From the NCBI RefSeq assembly GCF_000315625.1, contig NW_005434599.1, forward strand, positions 377,175 to 441,174: a stretch of DNA of 64,000 nt, written 5' to 3'. The notes under the pieces are model-generated. The model was not told the DNA's origin. It was given only the letters and a program-made list of their open reading frames with translations, and made no database searches. Positions 37,601 to 51,100 of the stretch are shown here, one piece after another. The translations under genes and the position numbers were made by a program. Origin of the DNA: Guillardia theta CCMP2712 (Eukaryota; Protista; Cryptophyta). Numbering within the stretch: position 1 is the first letter of the stretch; each line of letters starts with the position of its first letter.

Positions 37601-40600
37601 CGACAACAGCATCATCTGTTGTTGTTTTCACGCATCAGTTCCCTTGCATGCAGCAAGATACATCACCGCAGGGCTGTACCAATTGTAGGGTCCAGTGGTG
37701 ACTCCTAGAAAAAGGCAGGAGGAGGATGAGGAGGAGGGGGCAGGAACTTGATCTCACCTGTCGAGTCGACGGTGTAGAACATGATCTGCTGCCATCCCGT
37801 GTCGAGAGTCCCAATGACGTACATGGTGAGGATCGCGTCTCCGTACCAGTCTGAGCAGCTGGTGAGTGCGAGCAAGCTCCCAGCAGGAGATCCGACCGAA
37901 AGAGTAACTTCTCGACTGCCAGTGTCTCGTTTCCCCCGTCCCGTCCAGGCCCCGGCACTCGGAGTACTCCAACACAGAGGGGTCGGAGCAGTACACCACT
38001 TGCCCGTTGAGGAACTGCCGGCTACTGTCAGAGACCTGTAGTGCCTCTGCTACCCCAACCTGCATGCCGACTATGGCAGGGATGGAGAGAAAAGCGAACA
38101 AGATGACGGAGGTGATGAGGAGAGGGTAAAGAGCTTCTGAGAGGGCAGAGAAGAGCAGCGACAGGCCCTTGAGATGTTTCAAGGCTCTCAGTGGCCGCAA
38201 CCCTCGAAGAAGCCTCAGGACCTGTCATAACTCACTGTCACACCTGCTGGCTCTCTCATCTTCACACACACAACACATCTCATCATGCACAAACATCGCG
38301 CAACGTCTACCTCTCCTCTCCTCTCTCACTTACTTTGAACGCGCCGGTGCCCTGCACTGCCCCGCTGCGAGACAAGATCTCGTCTAACATAGCCGTGCAA
38401 ACAATGACGAAGTCTGCAAGGTACAGGATGTCAAACGAGGAATCAGTGACTTTTAGACGGCACCGAGTCTGTTCCAGTCCTCTTTGAAGTAAGATTCAGC
38501 AGATAGGACAATCACCTGCATGCCCCAAAGTCAGTCGCAGTACCTCAGATCGACCTTCACCTTTGCGAGGAATTCAAACGCGAAGATGAAGTTGAGAACT
38601 GTGTTGGAAGTATCGAGAAAGAGTCGCTCGTTCGGCTGTATTCCCGGCCTGTCCAACAGTCAAGTGTGTGTAGAAGCAGTCACCCGTCATGCCACCTCTC
38701 GAGCGACAGAAGAATGCAGGAGGCCAAGGTACAGAAGGCAATGAGCCGATTGAAGTGTCGGTTCCATATCAACCTCCGAACGAGCTTTCGGAACGGGTGC
38801 AAGGGAGGCAGGAAGTACAAGGAGTCAGGTAGTTCGAGGATGTACCTGTTGCTCTCAAGTCAAGCCCGTACCAACAATCTGAAATAGCCGTACAGATGCT
38901 CTTCCAGCGCCTGCTTTCGTTGTTGCAGTCTGCGAACTTCCGCTAGGTACCTTGAAATGGAATCAGCTCATGTAAAGACGAAGCTTGGGTCAGAGACCAC
39001 TGATGACTTTGCTGGTTTCGTCGAACCTCCTTGGCTTGTTCGTTCAATGTTGCTATCTCTGCCTCCAAGCTCTTTATCACAGTTTGAACCTGAGACGCAG
39101 CCAAAGTATATCGCAGTCTTCTGAATTCCGGAGTATTCCGGAACGTGGACTGCGAACGCGAGTAAGAACAAACAGACGAGAGGATGGAGGACCTCGTCGT
39201 CGAACAAGTGCTCTTTCTGGGCAGCAAGCATCAGCCGCACCATCTTTGCCTGTTTCTTCTGCTCCTTCTTCTTCCACGCAGCTGTTTGAGACTTGTATGC
39301 TTTCTCCCACAGGAAGTTTTGGAACTGCCTTGCTTTCTCAAGAACGTTCTCCTTGAACTCGGCTTCCGCCACTCGCTTCTTTGCCTTTCGGTTCCCTATC
39401 CCTCGCTGCTGCAAGATCGCCTCCGCTTCCAGCTGCTTCAGCGTCGCAAAGCAAGCCTGAAGCACCTCAATCGTCTCCGAGTCCGCGTCGTGCGTCCTCT
39501 TGATGATCGAGTCGATCACAAACGAGTCTCCAGGGCTCGCGAGCACCCCGAGGGAGGTGATGGCGGCGGCTCGCACAGAAGGATCCGGGTCCGAGCTCGC
39601 GTCCACCAGGTCTTTCAGCACAGACGGGTTGTCGTGCTGGCACACCTCGGAGAGAACCTTTGCTGCGCTCTCGCGCACGAACCTCGACGGGTCGTGCAGG
39701 AGCTGCCGGGCCTTGAGCGAGGCCTCCGGGAAGGCTTCACTGAGCTCCACGGGCACGAGGCTGCCCAAAGTCTCGACGGCCTTGGCACGTATGGTAGCGT
39801 GAGAGTCTTCGACCTTGGAGAGGAGAACATCTTGAGACAACATGGTTGATAGTTCAGCGCATGTACAACTAGAGCATAATCTCACCTATCACAGCCTCGT
39901 CTCCCTTCTCCGAGACTATCGCCAGGATCTGTAGGCTGTTGTACCTCTTCTGCCATCGATCGTCACTGATCATCGTCAGCATTTGCAGTCGCAGCCTGTG
40001 GCGCATCAAAGCACAAGATTTGTCTCGGATGAACTCCCTCACTCTCCCATCGGCCTCTTGTCCTTCTCCCTTCACCTCCTCAGACGAGTACGCGTGACTG
40101 CCGAAGTCAACGATGACGATGGCGGTCATGGTGTCAAGCAGAACGAAGCTCCCGACCAGGATCACGAGGAAAAAGTAGGCAGAGATCCCCCAGCCGTTGA
40201 TCTCGACCGCTGTTGACATCAGGTCGTACCAGTCTGACCTGGTGAAGAGCTGGAGGACAGTCAGGCACGACAGGCCGAAGTTGTCAAAGGAGGATCGGAG
40301 GGCGATGGCGGAGATGAAGGGCCGACCAGTGGGTACGTTGTCTATCACATCAGACCACAACAGAAGGTCACACGATGGCGCTGCGAGGTTTGTCGAGCAG
40401 TCGTCAAGCAGGAGATTTTCGTTAAGGCTGCTGCTGTTGAGCCGTCCATGGAAGATCCCTGAGGACACTCCATTGCTTTCCAGCCTCTCCTTCCACGCGT
40501 CCCCGTAGAGCGGCTTCAAGAGGAACCTGTTGCTCTCCTTGGTCGCGTCCAGGCCGACCACGTACGAGGGGACGCCGGGGATGCTGGAGAGGAAGGAGTA

Positions 40601-43351
40601 GGAGGGCCAACGGAGGAAGACGAGGGAGTTGAGGCCGAGATCAGACCTCTGGACGTCACGGCGATAGAGCCTTCCTCCCAACAAGTCCATGCCGAGGACA
40701 GCGAAGCAGAAGAGGGTGATAACAAGGATGCCGCACATGGCGAGGAAGGACTTGAAGCACTTGGCAGCTGCGATGACTTGCTTTGTCAGGCTCTGTGAAG
40801 ACAGTCAGGATTGAAGCTGCTGTAAGATGCGTACCGGAAACATCCGTCTCAACTTGACCAAGCGGATTAGCCTGAGGGTGCGGAACACTTTACCAGCAAT
40901 GTTCTTGTCGTTGCAAGCAAAGGGGTCAGTGCCGTCAGCATGTTGAAGACAGTTGAACTGCTTGACTGACGAAGTGAAGTCCACCATGGAAGTAATGACG
41001 ACAACAGCATCCAGTAGGTTCAGCCACTTTCTCAGATATTTCTTCGGACCAAACCCAACGATCTTCACCACCATCTCCACACAGAAGCAGAAGGCCAACG
41101 CCACTTGTCCAATCTGCAAGACAGCAGAGAATCTGAAGTATTGGCTCGTAGACTTCCACAACCTGCCAACCGCGCTTGACCTCGAGTGCTGAAGAAATAA
41201 GTTCGATCAGCGATGAACTTCCCGCAAGAAGCAAGATTGACCTCTAAGATGATCAAGACAAAGGTGCAACAAACCAGAACAAGAATCACGTTGTTAAATT
41301 TTTTGGAAGAAGCAATATTGAAACAGACAATTCGAACCCGTTGTAACACGGAGATTTTCTGCTCCTCCTGGTATTCGTCGACTTCCAATATGTTGTCTGC
41401 ATACTCGCCCACGACCATGGAGAAGATTGTAGTCTCATACCTGCACACGAGTCAGCGATGGACCATCATTGTGAGGGTTGCTTGACTGAAGAGTACCATT
41501 TGTTCCATGAACGAAACAGGAGCTGATTCTTCAACCTCCGCGCTGTCTTTGATGCAACCGCCTGCTTGTCGCCCAGGCTCGCAAGGTAGCGCTTGTAGTT
41601 CTGCTGCGTCTTCTCGTGTGTGTTTGCAACCCAAAGCTGAAACGGCAGAGCCGTTGTTCGGATGTTTTTCCACCTCGACACGATTCGGTTCACGTTGGCT
41701 GCCAGCGCCTTCGAGCAACCAGTTAGAGTGGGCAAGAGGAAAATTTGCTCCAAGTGAGAGGATGCGAGAGGCACACTTCGTAGCAACTTACCTGATTCCT
41801 CATGTTTTCCAGCCGATGAGCTAGGACAGCAATCAGGGCTTGTCTGAGAAACAGCGGCCCGATCATGATGTAGAAGAGAAAGATTAGCACTTGCTCTTGG
41901 GAATTTGAGTCCATCAGATCGTTCATGACATCCCCCCACCTGGAACAAGTCTCAGCTCATACCCAGCTCGCTCCTCTGTCGACAGACTTTGTTAATGTGA
42001 AGATCTGGAAGGAGGTCACCAACGAGTTGCCGAAGTTGTCAAAGCTGTAATGCCGTCCAGGCAACACCGCAGGGGTGGGCAGGCACGACCAGCAATTGGA
42101 GCAGGACGCTGAGTTCGGGCAATGATAGAGAGCACTAGTCCCACTGACACAAGCAGAAGGTTAGCATGACGTTTGCAAGTCTCCGTCTTACGTCACCTGA
42201 ATACAGCACACGGCCTTTCATACCCTTGCGCCAGTTCTCCGTCGTTAACCAAGTAACAGCGACCATGGAGTTCACCACTGAAGATCTGATTGAATATCAC
42301 TGTGACCAGGAGGATAACGCCAAAGATGAGGATGAAGACATAGAACAGAAGAATCGAAGAATGAGCGAGAAGATCGACTACTAATCGCAAGCTCGGGAAG
42401 AATCGAATGGCTCTAAGGACTCTGATCGCTCGCAAACAACGCAGAGCGTTAACTCGAGCGATGCCTCCAGCTATGAAAATGTCCAGCAGTCCAAACAAGA
42501 TGAGAAACGCATCTAACACATTCCAGCCATCTGCAAGGTAAGTTTTCCCACCCAGCACCAGCCCATGTGCGAGGATTTTCAGAACCAACTGTTAGTTTGT
42601 CAACGTCAATAAGGAGTTGTGGAAGGCATGCACCAACTCATACCTCGAAAAGAAAGAAGAAAGTGCACAGGAAATTGAAGTAGTCAGACGTTTCAAGCTT
42701 TGTGGTGGATGAGACTGGAAAGTATGTGGCTTTCAGGGGGTCGTTGAAGGCCAAGATCAGGGTGCTCAGAAAAATGAAGAAAGTGACTACCCCATGAAAG
42801 ATCTTGCTTTCTACTATAGCGATTGCACACAACCTTACAGGAGATTGCAGATCCAGGCAATAAAGCGCTCTCGATTGAAATCTCTCCCTGTTCGGTTTGT
42901 ACCGCCGGATTCTCTTGACAAGTTGTGACTGTATGGATTCAGAATTGATTTTCCTTCCACCATTCAGCGCACTGTCGATGATGTTTTGCAACACTTCGCG
43001 ACTGGCCTCTACCGCCTCTTGCCGTAGCTTCCTTTGTTCGATGAGCTTCAAAGGGTTCAGCTGAGTCTCCGGATCGTAAGAGCTTTCATTGTCTCTCCGA
43101 ATGGTCTTGAAAGCGATTTCGAATCCCTTGCCTGCCCTTGTTCTTTCTTGCACGTCTGCTTTTCCCTCAGGAAACCGGACGAGGCTGCCATGTGCGTCAA
43201 TCAGATGAATCTGTCTCCCTAGCAATTTTGCTTTCGATTCTATTGGCTCCTGTTGAGAGCCTGCAAGTAGACTAGTCGACATAGCGAAGCGAGCTCTTGC
43301 ACGCTGTTCTGTCTTGTCTCTCTGCGATGCATCCTCGTCGACTTCGTTCAT
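34673..43351 (-). CDS. Four-domain voltage-gated cation channel (Cav/Nav/NALCN superfamily) with HEAT repeats in the II-III linker; many exons
   Basis: Four S4 segments (LRCLRAIRVLRAIR, FRTLRLIRLVKLRR, LRLLRGLRPLRALKHLK, ARIFRLLRIIRLIR), four P-loops (SFDNFG, SFDNFG, SFDWYG, SFRNLG), YLADGWNVLD; ends approximate. Confidence 0.9.
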
Positions 43352-43490
43352 CTTCGTACAGTTGGGCTTCCTCCTACACGAAGCTCTTCTTCCCCTTCCT
43401 CCGCTGCATCATGGCGTCTGACTTGCGAGCACTTCTTACGGCATCACGCGTTGATTAGCCTTGTCAAATTTTGATTAGTTTTTTTGTTGG

Positions 43491-44332
43491 CTCCCCCTCC
43501 TTTGTTTGCTTCGGTTTGTCCTTCTTTTTCAGTCAAATAAAGTTTTTTCACCCCTCCCCGGGCCCCGGGCCTCAGCCCCCCGGGCCCGACTCATGATCAA
43601 AACTTACAGCGCAGACGTTCGACGGATCACATGGATCTTATATAGAGCCCAGACTTGCCGAGCCGCCAAAAACTGAGAAATTGTAACCGTTCTGGAACGG
43701 TACGGTACTCCATTCCGACTATTCGATGGAATGACCAGAGAAAGCATCCTCGGGCTGGACAATACCCCTGGTTATCTGTATATAAGCATGGGGTCCTGTC
43801 TTCCTCTCTCTCTCTCTCTCTCTTCCCTCTCTTCTTCTTTTCTCCTCATTCTCTCTCTCTTCTCTCTTCCTTTCTCACTATCTCTTAATCTTTTTCTTTC
43901 TCCTAACCTCCCCCTCCTTTGTTTGCTTCGGTTTGTCCTTCTTTTTCAGTCAAATAAAGTTTTTTCACCCCTCCCCGGGCCCCGGGCCTCAGCCCCCCGG
44001 GCCCGACTCATGACTTGATCAAAACTTACAGCGCAGACGTTCGACGGATCACATGGATCTTATATAGAGCCCAGACTTGCCGAGCCCAAAAACTGAGAAA
44101 TTGTAACCGTTCTGGAACGGTACGGTACTCCATTCCGACTATTCGATGGAATGACCAGAGAAAGCATCCTCGGGCTGGACAATACCCCTGGTTATCTGTA
44201 TATAAGCATGGGGTCCTGTCTTCCTCTCTCTCTCTCTCTCTCTTCCCTCTCTTCTCACTCTTTCTTTTCTCCTCATTCTCTCTCTCTTCTCTCTTCCTTT
44301 CTCACTATCTCTTAATCTTTTTCTTTCTCCTA
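43491..44332. repeat. Near-identical tandem duplication, ~417-bp unit (43491-43907; 43908-44332)
   Basis: Both units begin ctccccctcctttgtttgcttcgg and differ only by small indels. Confidence 0.95.
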
Positions 44333-44501
44333 TCCTTTCAGTCTCTGTTATCTTCCTATCCTTGCTCTGCTTATAAATACTCTTATCTCAGAAGTCAATT
44401 ACCTACCTGCTCTAACTTCGCTACTGCATACAATCCATCACGTTTCAAGTTCAAGTTCGTATCAGTCGTAACTTAAGCAAGCCGAACTTCTTTCAACCGA
44501 G

Positions 44502-44880
44502 TCAGTACCCCTGACCAGCAGTTACGTATAAACATATCATATTAGTATTGCAGTGACCGCGCCCAATAATATATTGTAACCACCACCTCCACCGCCAGAT
44601 CCACCGTTTGAACCTTGTACGGCACCACTTCCACCCATTCCGCCACCAATTGCAACAAAATTCATATTGGCACCAACGATGGAGCTGTCGAATCCTGGCC
44701 CCCAGCATTCGACTGTTGGCCACCTCTTCCGGGGCCAACTTTTACAATGTAGGTACCAGCACGCATAGTAACGTTGGATTGTTGAATCAGGCCACCAGCA
44801 CCACCACCTAGAATAGCTCTGTCGCTTGAAGGTGGGTTGCCGCCACTGCCACCGGATGATACAACTTGGTTAGGAAATCG
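44502..44880 (-). pseudogene. Frameshifted fragment of a phage/giant-virus-type glycine-rich domain
   Basis: VVSSGGSGG..GGGAGGLIQQSNVTMRAGTYIVKVGPG / DSSIVGANMNFVAIGGGMGG..GGSGGGGG / TAGQGY in three different frames. Confidence 0.65.
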
Positions 44881-45161
44881 ACTACGGTATCTTCGATTAC
44901 GATCAGAGTGTATTCTACGTAATCCGAACCATTGTTTGTGAATTTAAGGTCTCGGATAAGAGTCCGATCGGATCGCCGCTGCCGGCCGGGCCCACAGGCT
45001 GCCGTGTACCGTGACCGTCGGCCGCGGACTCAGCCGGGCTCGGAGGGGCCACTGAGTCAAGGCTGAGCCACTTGTCAAACTGAAAATTCTGGGGCGGACT
45101 CAGAGGAGCGTGGTGCGGTATCCTTTCTTGTCAACGGCTTGGCAGAGCTTTTTACATTAAC

Positions 45162-48100
45162 ATGGCTCGGGGGTGGGGGAAGGTCTTGCTTCCGCAGGCA
45201 GACAGGAAGGCGACAAGGTTGGTGAAGAGCTCGAGCAGCCGCATCGATGACAGCTCTTTGCCTGCTCAGCTCAGACTCATTCGAGAGGTCAGAGCGCTGA
45301 GTGAGTTGATCCTACTGATGGATAAGGAGAGGAGGCTAGAGGCGATGGAACGACTGGAGCGAATACAGTCGGTAGTCGACGAGATTCTCCCCCTCTTTCG
45401 GTCAAACTCAGTCCCTTCGGATATCTCTACGTCAGCATACGACCGGACAAAAGATGGCCTGCTCAAACAATGCGCAGAGCAGGAGAAGATGATCAAGTTG
45501 CTGAGCAACAAGTGTGCAATGCTTCGCAAAGATCTTGATGTTCAGAGTGAGTCTGTCGCTAAACCAGAGCAGCTTCTGTCTGATTCTGTCTGATAGCCAG
45601 CGAGCTTGAGAGGTGGAGGCGAGTTGTCGGAGTACAGCCTTTGTCGGCAGCTGAGGTTCCTGAAAGCAAACAAGACATGCAGCGCGGGGCAGGTGAGAAG
45701 ACGGCGAGCTTGAGGCAATTTCAGGTACAGACATAAGTATCCTGACCTTACCATAAGTATCCTGTTCTAGCTATTAACGCGTTACTCTCTCAGTCTGCGA
45801 TCTCGGTATGGGATGATGAGAAGCTGGTTGCCTCTAGCAAGACCTTACAGTCAACGGCGGAACTCCAGGATTCTTCCCATACACAGGAATTCGAACAAGG
45901 AATTTCCATCGATTACACGGTATTCATGTGACCTTCATTGAAAATATCTTTGGTGCGAATTTCTAGAAAGCAGGAAGAAGACTCTCATACAGACAACGAC
46001 TCGAAGAAACAGGAAGAGAGGTCGTCTATTCTCAAAGGTCCTTGCAAAGTTTATATGCGGAGCTTATGTTCTTGTTCTAGATCTTCTGCCTTTGGGAAAG
46101 TTTGACACCATCGAGAAGTTTATCTTAGATGCATCAAGGTGGAGCAAGAAGAATATTGTTTGCCAGGTGATCCATAAAACCTTGATCTTCAGCTCAACCA
46201 TTTCAGGCCACGAGCATTCTCATTGTTGCTATTGCCGAAAATGGCGCAACCATCCAAGCAGTTCAACATGGAACATTGGTCCAAAGAAGGATAACTAAGG
46301 TATTTCAGATGACATTCATAAGCTTGCATTCGTTGATTGGTGTCCAAGGAGAGTAGACGAGATGCAAACGAGGGGATTGTTTTGAATGCCGCTCGCACTG
46401 GGAAGGTGATTGTGGGTTGGGGCTGACATCTTTTTTTGACGAATGAACCTAGTCTAAGAGGCTGTTTCTGAGTGAAAAGACGGCAGTCATGAACATGGAC
46501 ATCGATCTGATAGGCGTAACTTGGGAGGAGAGGGAGGGAAGAGTGTATGTTGCTTGTTCAACAATTCTGCAGATCCACTAATCACTCTGACAGGTTTATT
46601 CGAGATGGAGAAAATTCTAGATCTCTGAGAAGCATTATGGTAGCTGCTTATCCCCTTAATGAGATCGCTGGTATGTAATTCTCACCTCCTTATATCTGAT
46701 TTCTGACTGCAAAATGACCCAAGGGAGTCTTTGGAAATCGGAAGAACACGAGTTTGAGGAAAGACTCTCCGTTGTCCTGGTTTCGGTCAACAAGCTCAAG
46801 TAAGATGTTTGTTTATTTGTCCTTACACGTTTAAAGCATTCTGATGTCTTGACTTGCTTTTTGGTGCTCGACATCTGTACCATCCTTGCTACAAAGTTAT
46901 GAAAAGTCAGACGCGAATCTCCCAACAAAAACAAGCACGGTTGAGTTCAGCTCTGAAGATGTTCAGGTATATTGTATGAAAGAAGCGAGTCTGAGATTTA
47001 TCCTATTCGTTTTTGCTATCTTCTTATCTCATTCTTTCGCAGCTATCCTCTGAGTTGCTTCGCCATGTGGGCATGTCGTGTACAGTGAGCCCAGGCCTGA
47101 AGCTGCCATGTATTTCCTCCTGACGGCTTTCAAGGCCCACGTCCTGTCTATCAACAGGCTACGACACACGTCAGCATCGGTGGAGGAACTTTGCCTGTGC
47201 TGAAGCTTTACTAAGCTTTCATCAGGCTTGTTTGAACAAGGAGGTCCTTGATCTTCACCAACAAAGAGACAAATATGATCTCGGTGCTCATTCCTCTCAT
47301 GGTTTCATGATGCTGACTTGAATCTGATTACAGCTCGATCAGCGGCGATCAGTTTGAAACGTCTGCTTCAGACGGACAGATCTTTCATGAGGATGGGGGG
47401 GCATGAACTTACAACAAGGCTTCTAATCAGGGACAAGAGTCAAAGTGAAGCATCTGCAATGTTGCTCTCAAGTGCCTTCATACTTTTGCAGGAGAAATCA
47501 CCTTGCTCTGGAAACCTCAGAACGGCATGAAAGCTATCAGGGTGCCCCCGGAAAGTGACGCGTACAAGGCAAGTCATTCCTTCCTCTTGTTCTGGATTCA
47601 TGTTCCGACTTCAGGCGGCCCTCATGAAGCGATCGATACTGAGGAATGATGACGAAGTCACAAACCCTTCAGATCTCACACAGACTTCGAATGCAAAACC
47701 AAGAGAGCCCGCGTCTTGTCTGATGGTTCCAGCTTTCAACAGAGATCAAGAGGTTGAAGGCATTCTCCAGGTAACTTTATTGTGTATCCGAATGCCCAAA
47801 AGATGATTCGATTCAGGTCATGAAGCGAGGCTTGAACTCTCGATTCGACAAAACTGACGTTCTTTCCTTCTTGTGTTGTGGTGTCAGACTGAGCAAAGCT
47901 CGTCAGGTGTGGGTGATTGAAACTTTAGTTCAGCATGTGGGAGTAGCTCTCCAGAACATTGACATACGAGAATCATCTGCGTCGAACTGGCTCAACAAGA
48001 TTGAGACTTTCGAGTACAGGTGAGAGATGAATGTTGCTAGATTGACGTTTGTGACGATGTCTTCCAGCGTCATGGGATCAGTGGTTTCAGCTATCAGGAC

Positions 48101-51100
48101 GTTGCTGGAATGTGAGGTGATGGAATGTTCACGTGGCTGATCTGCTCTGACATGCATGAAGCATGTCGAGATCGTTCCCTTCCTGGAGACTCCGGCGGGT
48201 GCCAGGTGGGGAAACGGAGGGGGACAATCGTGACTTGACATGACGTGATTGACAGGGTTTCACCCTACCTGATAGAGGAGCAGAAATTCATTCCTGCACA
48301 CCAGGTGATTCCTTGTGAGTGTCTCCTTGGGCTGAGACGCTTCGAACAGCTGAGTGTCACTTCCCTTAGAAAGAGTGCAGCCCAGAAGGTCCGGTGTGTT
48401 GAAGAGATGACTGCCACTTGACAGACAGCCACAGGTGGCGATCGATCGAACCTTGTTCATCGTGAAAGACAGCGAGACAGCATCCCGGGTTTGATAGCTC
48501 GCTGTCTCCTCTTCTGCTGAACTCCTTGCAATCAAGTCGATCTCACCCGATGTGGATACTTTGAATTGCTCAGATTTGGACGTTCGGAACTTGTGTGCTG
48601 CCCCATGTCTGCACGGCAAGACAGGACGAGGAATTGCTGCTTTTGACTGATATGACAGTCGATGGATCGCTAGAGGGAGTCTTGCTGGCTTTCAACTCCA
48701 CTACGGGGATTAACTTCGGAAAGAAAGATGAGGCGAATACAATTCATCTTTCTCAACCTAAAGGTGCTGAAAGCATGAGATCAGATCAGATCAGTGAAGA
48801 TAGCAAATGAAGTTGCAACCTTTCTAAGGAACTGCAATGAGTTTGCTAGGGTTCACAAGGAAGTCGAGGTATCTTGACCTGTGAGAGGAATTTGCTCCTT
48901 GATCTCCTTTTTCCACAGCGGCACAAGAATTCTTTGAACAAATACATGTCCGAGATAAAAGTTGATCATTGTGCAATCATGTCAGTAGGATCTTACTGTC
49001 CCTTTGTTTTGTGTCATCAGTACGCTGTCAAGTTGTTCAAGAAGACAACTCTCTCATACAACATCGAAGAAAGCATGGTGAATGCGATGGCTGTGAGACA
49101 AGGAAAGTTCAAGTCCTTTATTTCAGGCACAAGTTCAAAGAATGACTCGCAAATTATTTGAGGTGATTCTGCAATTTTCTTGCAATTGTTGACCCGTCGG
49201 CGATCAGGCCGATTTTGCATGTTTGTATCTGTATGACGAGGAGAACAAACGTAAGCCTGACTCCTCACTCGTGTCACGGCAACTCGATGACTGTTGTGGT
49301 CAGTTCTGCGATGGGTTCCTGTCGGAGTGCAGGTGAGGTCACAAGGTTCAACTCTTGTCTCATAGGGGCCCAGAAAGAAGATCTCGACGCGTACAAGTGC
49401 CATGATACTGGTTTCGCTGCCACGGAGGCGCAGGACTCGGTAGCAGGTCTCCCAGCGCTTTCAATGAGCAGGCCGACCTTGAGCACTTCGTAGGAGCTGT
49501 TGCCCTGAGGGCAAAGAAACTTGAAGTCAGCAAGGGGAAAGTCTTGCACAACAAAGCTGAGCCCAGATCTTGGTATCCAGACTTGCTATACTTCCTTTCA
49601 TCATTCCAATGGTAATCGGCTACCGCAGGGAGGACGGTTTTCTTTCAAGGTGCAAACGGAGCAGGAAGCATCAGACAAATCTTCTCACGCTGCTTGACCA
49701 GTCAGGGGAACGCGTCTGGACCGATGAGATCGTTGGTAGCTGGCAGCATGTTGTGCTATCCTGTTATTGGCTCGAAGTGAGACTAGCTAGCTCCGTCTGC
49801 TTCTCTCTAAAGATTCTTGTTTCAGTGGGAAAGTAGTGGGAGTCCTGCAAGTGGCTCGACTGGCTGAGTCAAGTCCTGAGAGTACTTGCACATGGCCTCA
49901 ACCTTTCAGCAAGAGGTCGAAGGAAATCCTTGACCTCGTCATTGAGTTCCTCCGAGGTAGCTCGTTCGCACCGAGACAAGCATATGCTGATGAGGCTGCA
50001 GGATTGTTGCTCAACCTCCTGTGCCAAGTGGAAAAACAAGACCGCCAACCTCAAGTCTCGGGTTTTCCCACGCAGGAAATTATTGCGAACGACAGGCTGG
50101 TGGTGAAAGTGATTGCAGGTGGTGGATCTGCTTCCAGGCTTGCTCAATCACGGGCCCAAGTGCGTTGGCAGGGAAAGGCCGGTTGATGCAGCTGAAGATG
50201 TTGTACAACAGGGTATGCTTCAATATGGTGCAGAAGACGCAGAAGTGGATGCTTGCAAATTTCGATGCCAATCAGGTCCTGATCTACCTGCTAGATGGTG
50301 GGGTCTTGCCTTGCCTCCTGTTTGGTCTTGACTTGCATGAAGAACGAGAAATGACTTTTGAGCTCTTCTATCAAGACAAGTCGTTCATTGCAGACTTGGA
50401 ATCAGGATTCGCCTGGCGGGCCATGAACGAGCGAGTTTTGAAAAACTCCAAAATCAGTGAAAACAAGTTTGTCAACAAAGAGTGAGTGTTCTCTGTATGC
50501 AGGCAGTAGCGCTTGAGATGTGATTCATCTTTTTTTCGACAGCATCTTTGAGTTCTTGAACTTGTCACCACAACATTCTCTCTGTTGTCCGCTGCGACGA
50601 GCGAATGGAAAACCGTTTGGGGTCGTCGAACTTGTCAGAGATGGTTCTTCTGCGAAGGGGAAAGAAGTGCCCAACTTTAATCGAAAGGAGGAGGTACGTC
50701 AAGAGTTTTCCTGCAGGACAATGTGTCACTCAAAGGTTCTGTAGGTTATGCTGTTTCGTCTCTGTTCGCGCATTTCTCATTCTCTCGAAAATGCTTGGAG
50801 GTATCATGTTGCTATGATCCGCCTGCATGTTTACTTGCATCAAAATCCTCACAGGTTGCGTCTGTTCAGCAAGATTGCAGATTTTCAGAAGAAGAGAATC
50901 GAATTTTCTCTCAATACGGGAAAGCTTTCGGCCCCGGCACTCTTTATCGAGTAATTGCCGTAAAGAGATGTAACCAAGACTTACATGATGCAGAGCACTT
51001 ACAGCTGAATTGGAACGGAGGATACATTGCATGCTCTACAGTGTATATATCTTTGATGGCAGCGACGCGTGGACGGTTGTTCGAGGCGAGTCAGAGCCGA

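Noticed and set aside
43655-44476. Duplicated ORFs in the tandem repeat
   Set aside because: Indels between the copies shift frames; low-complexity CT tails; no coding signature
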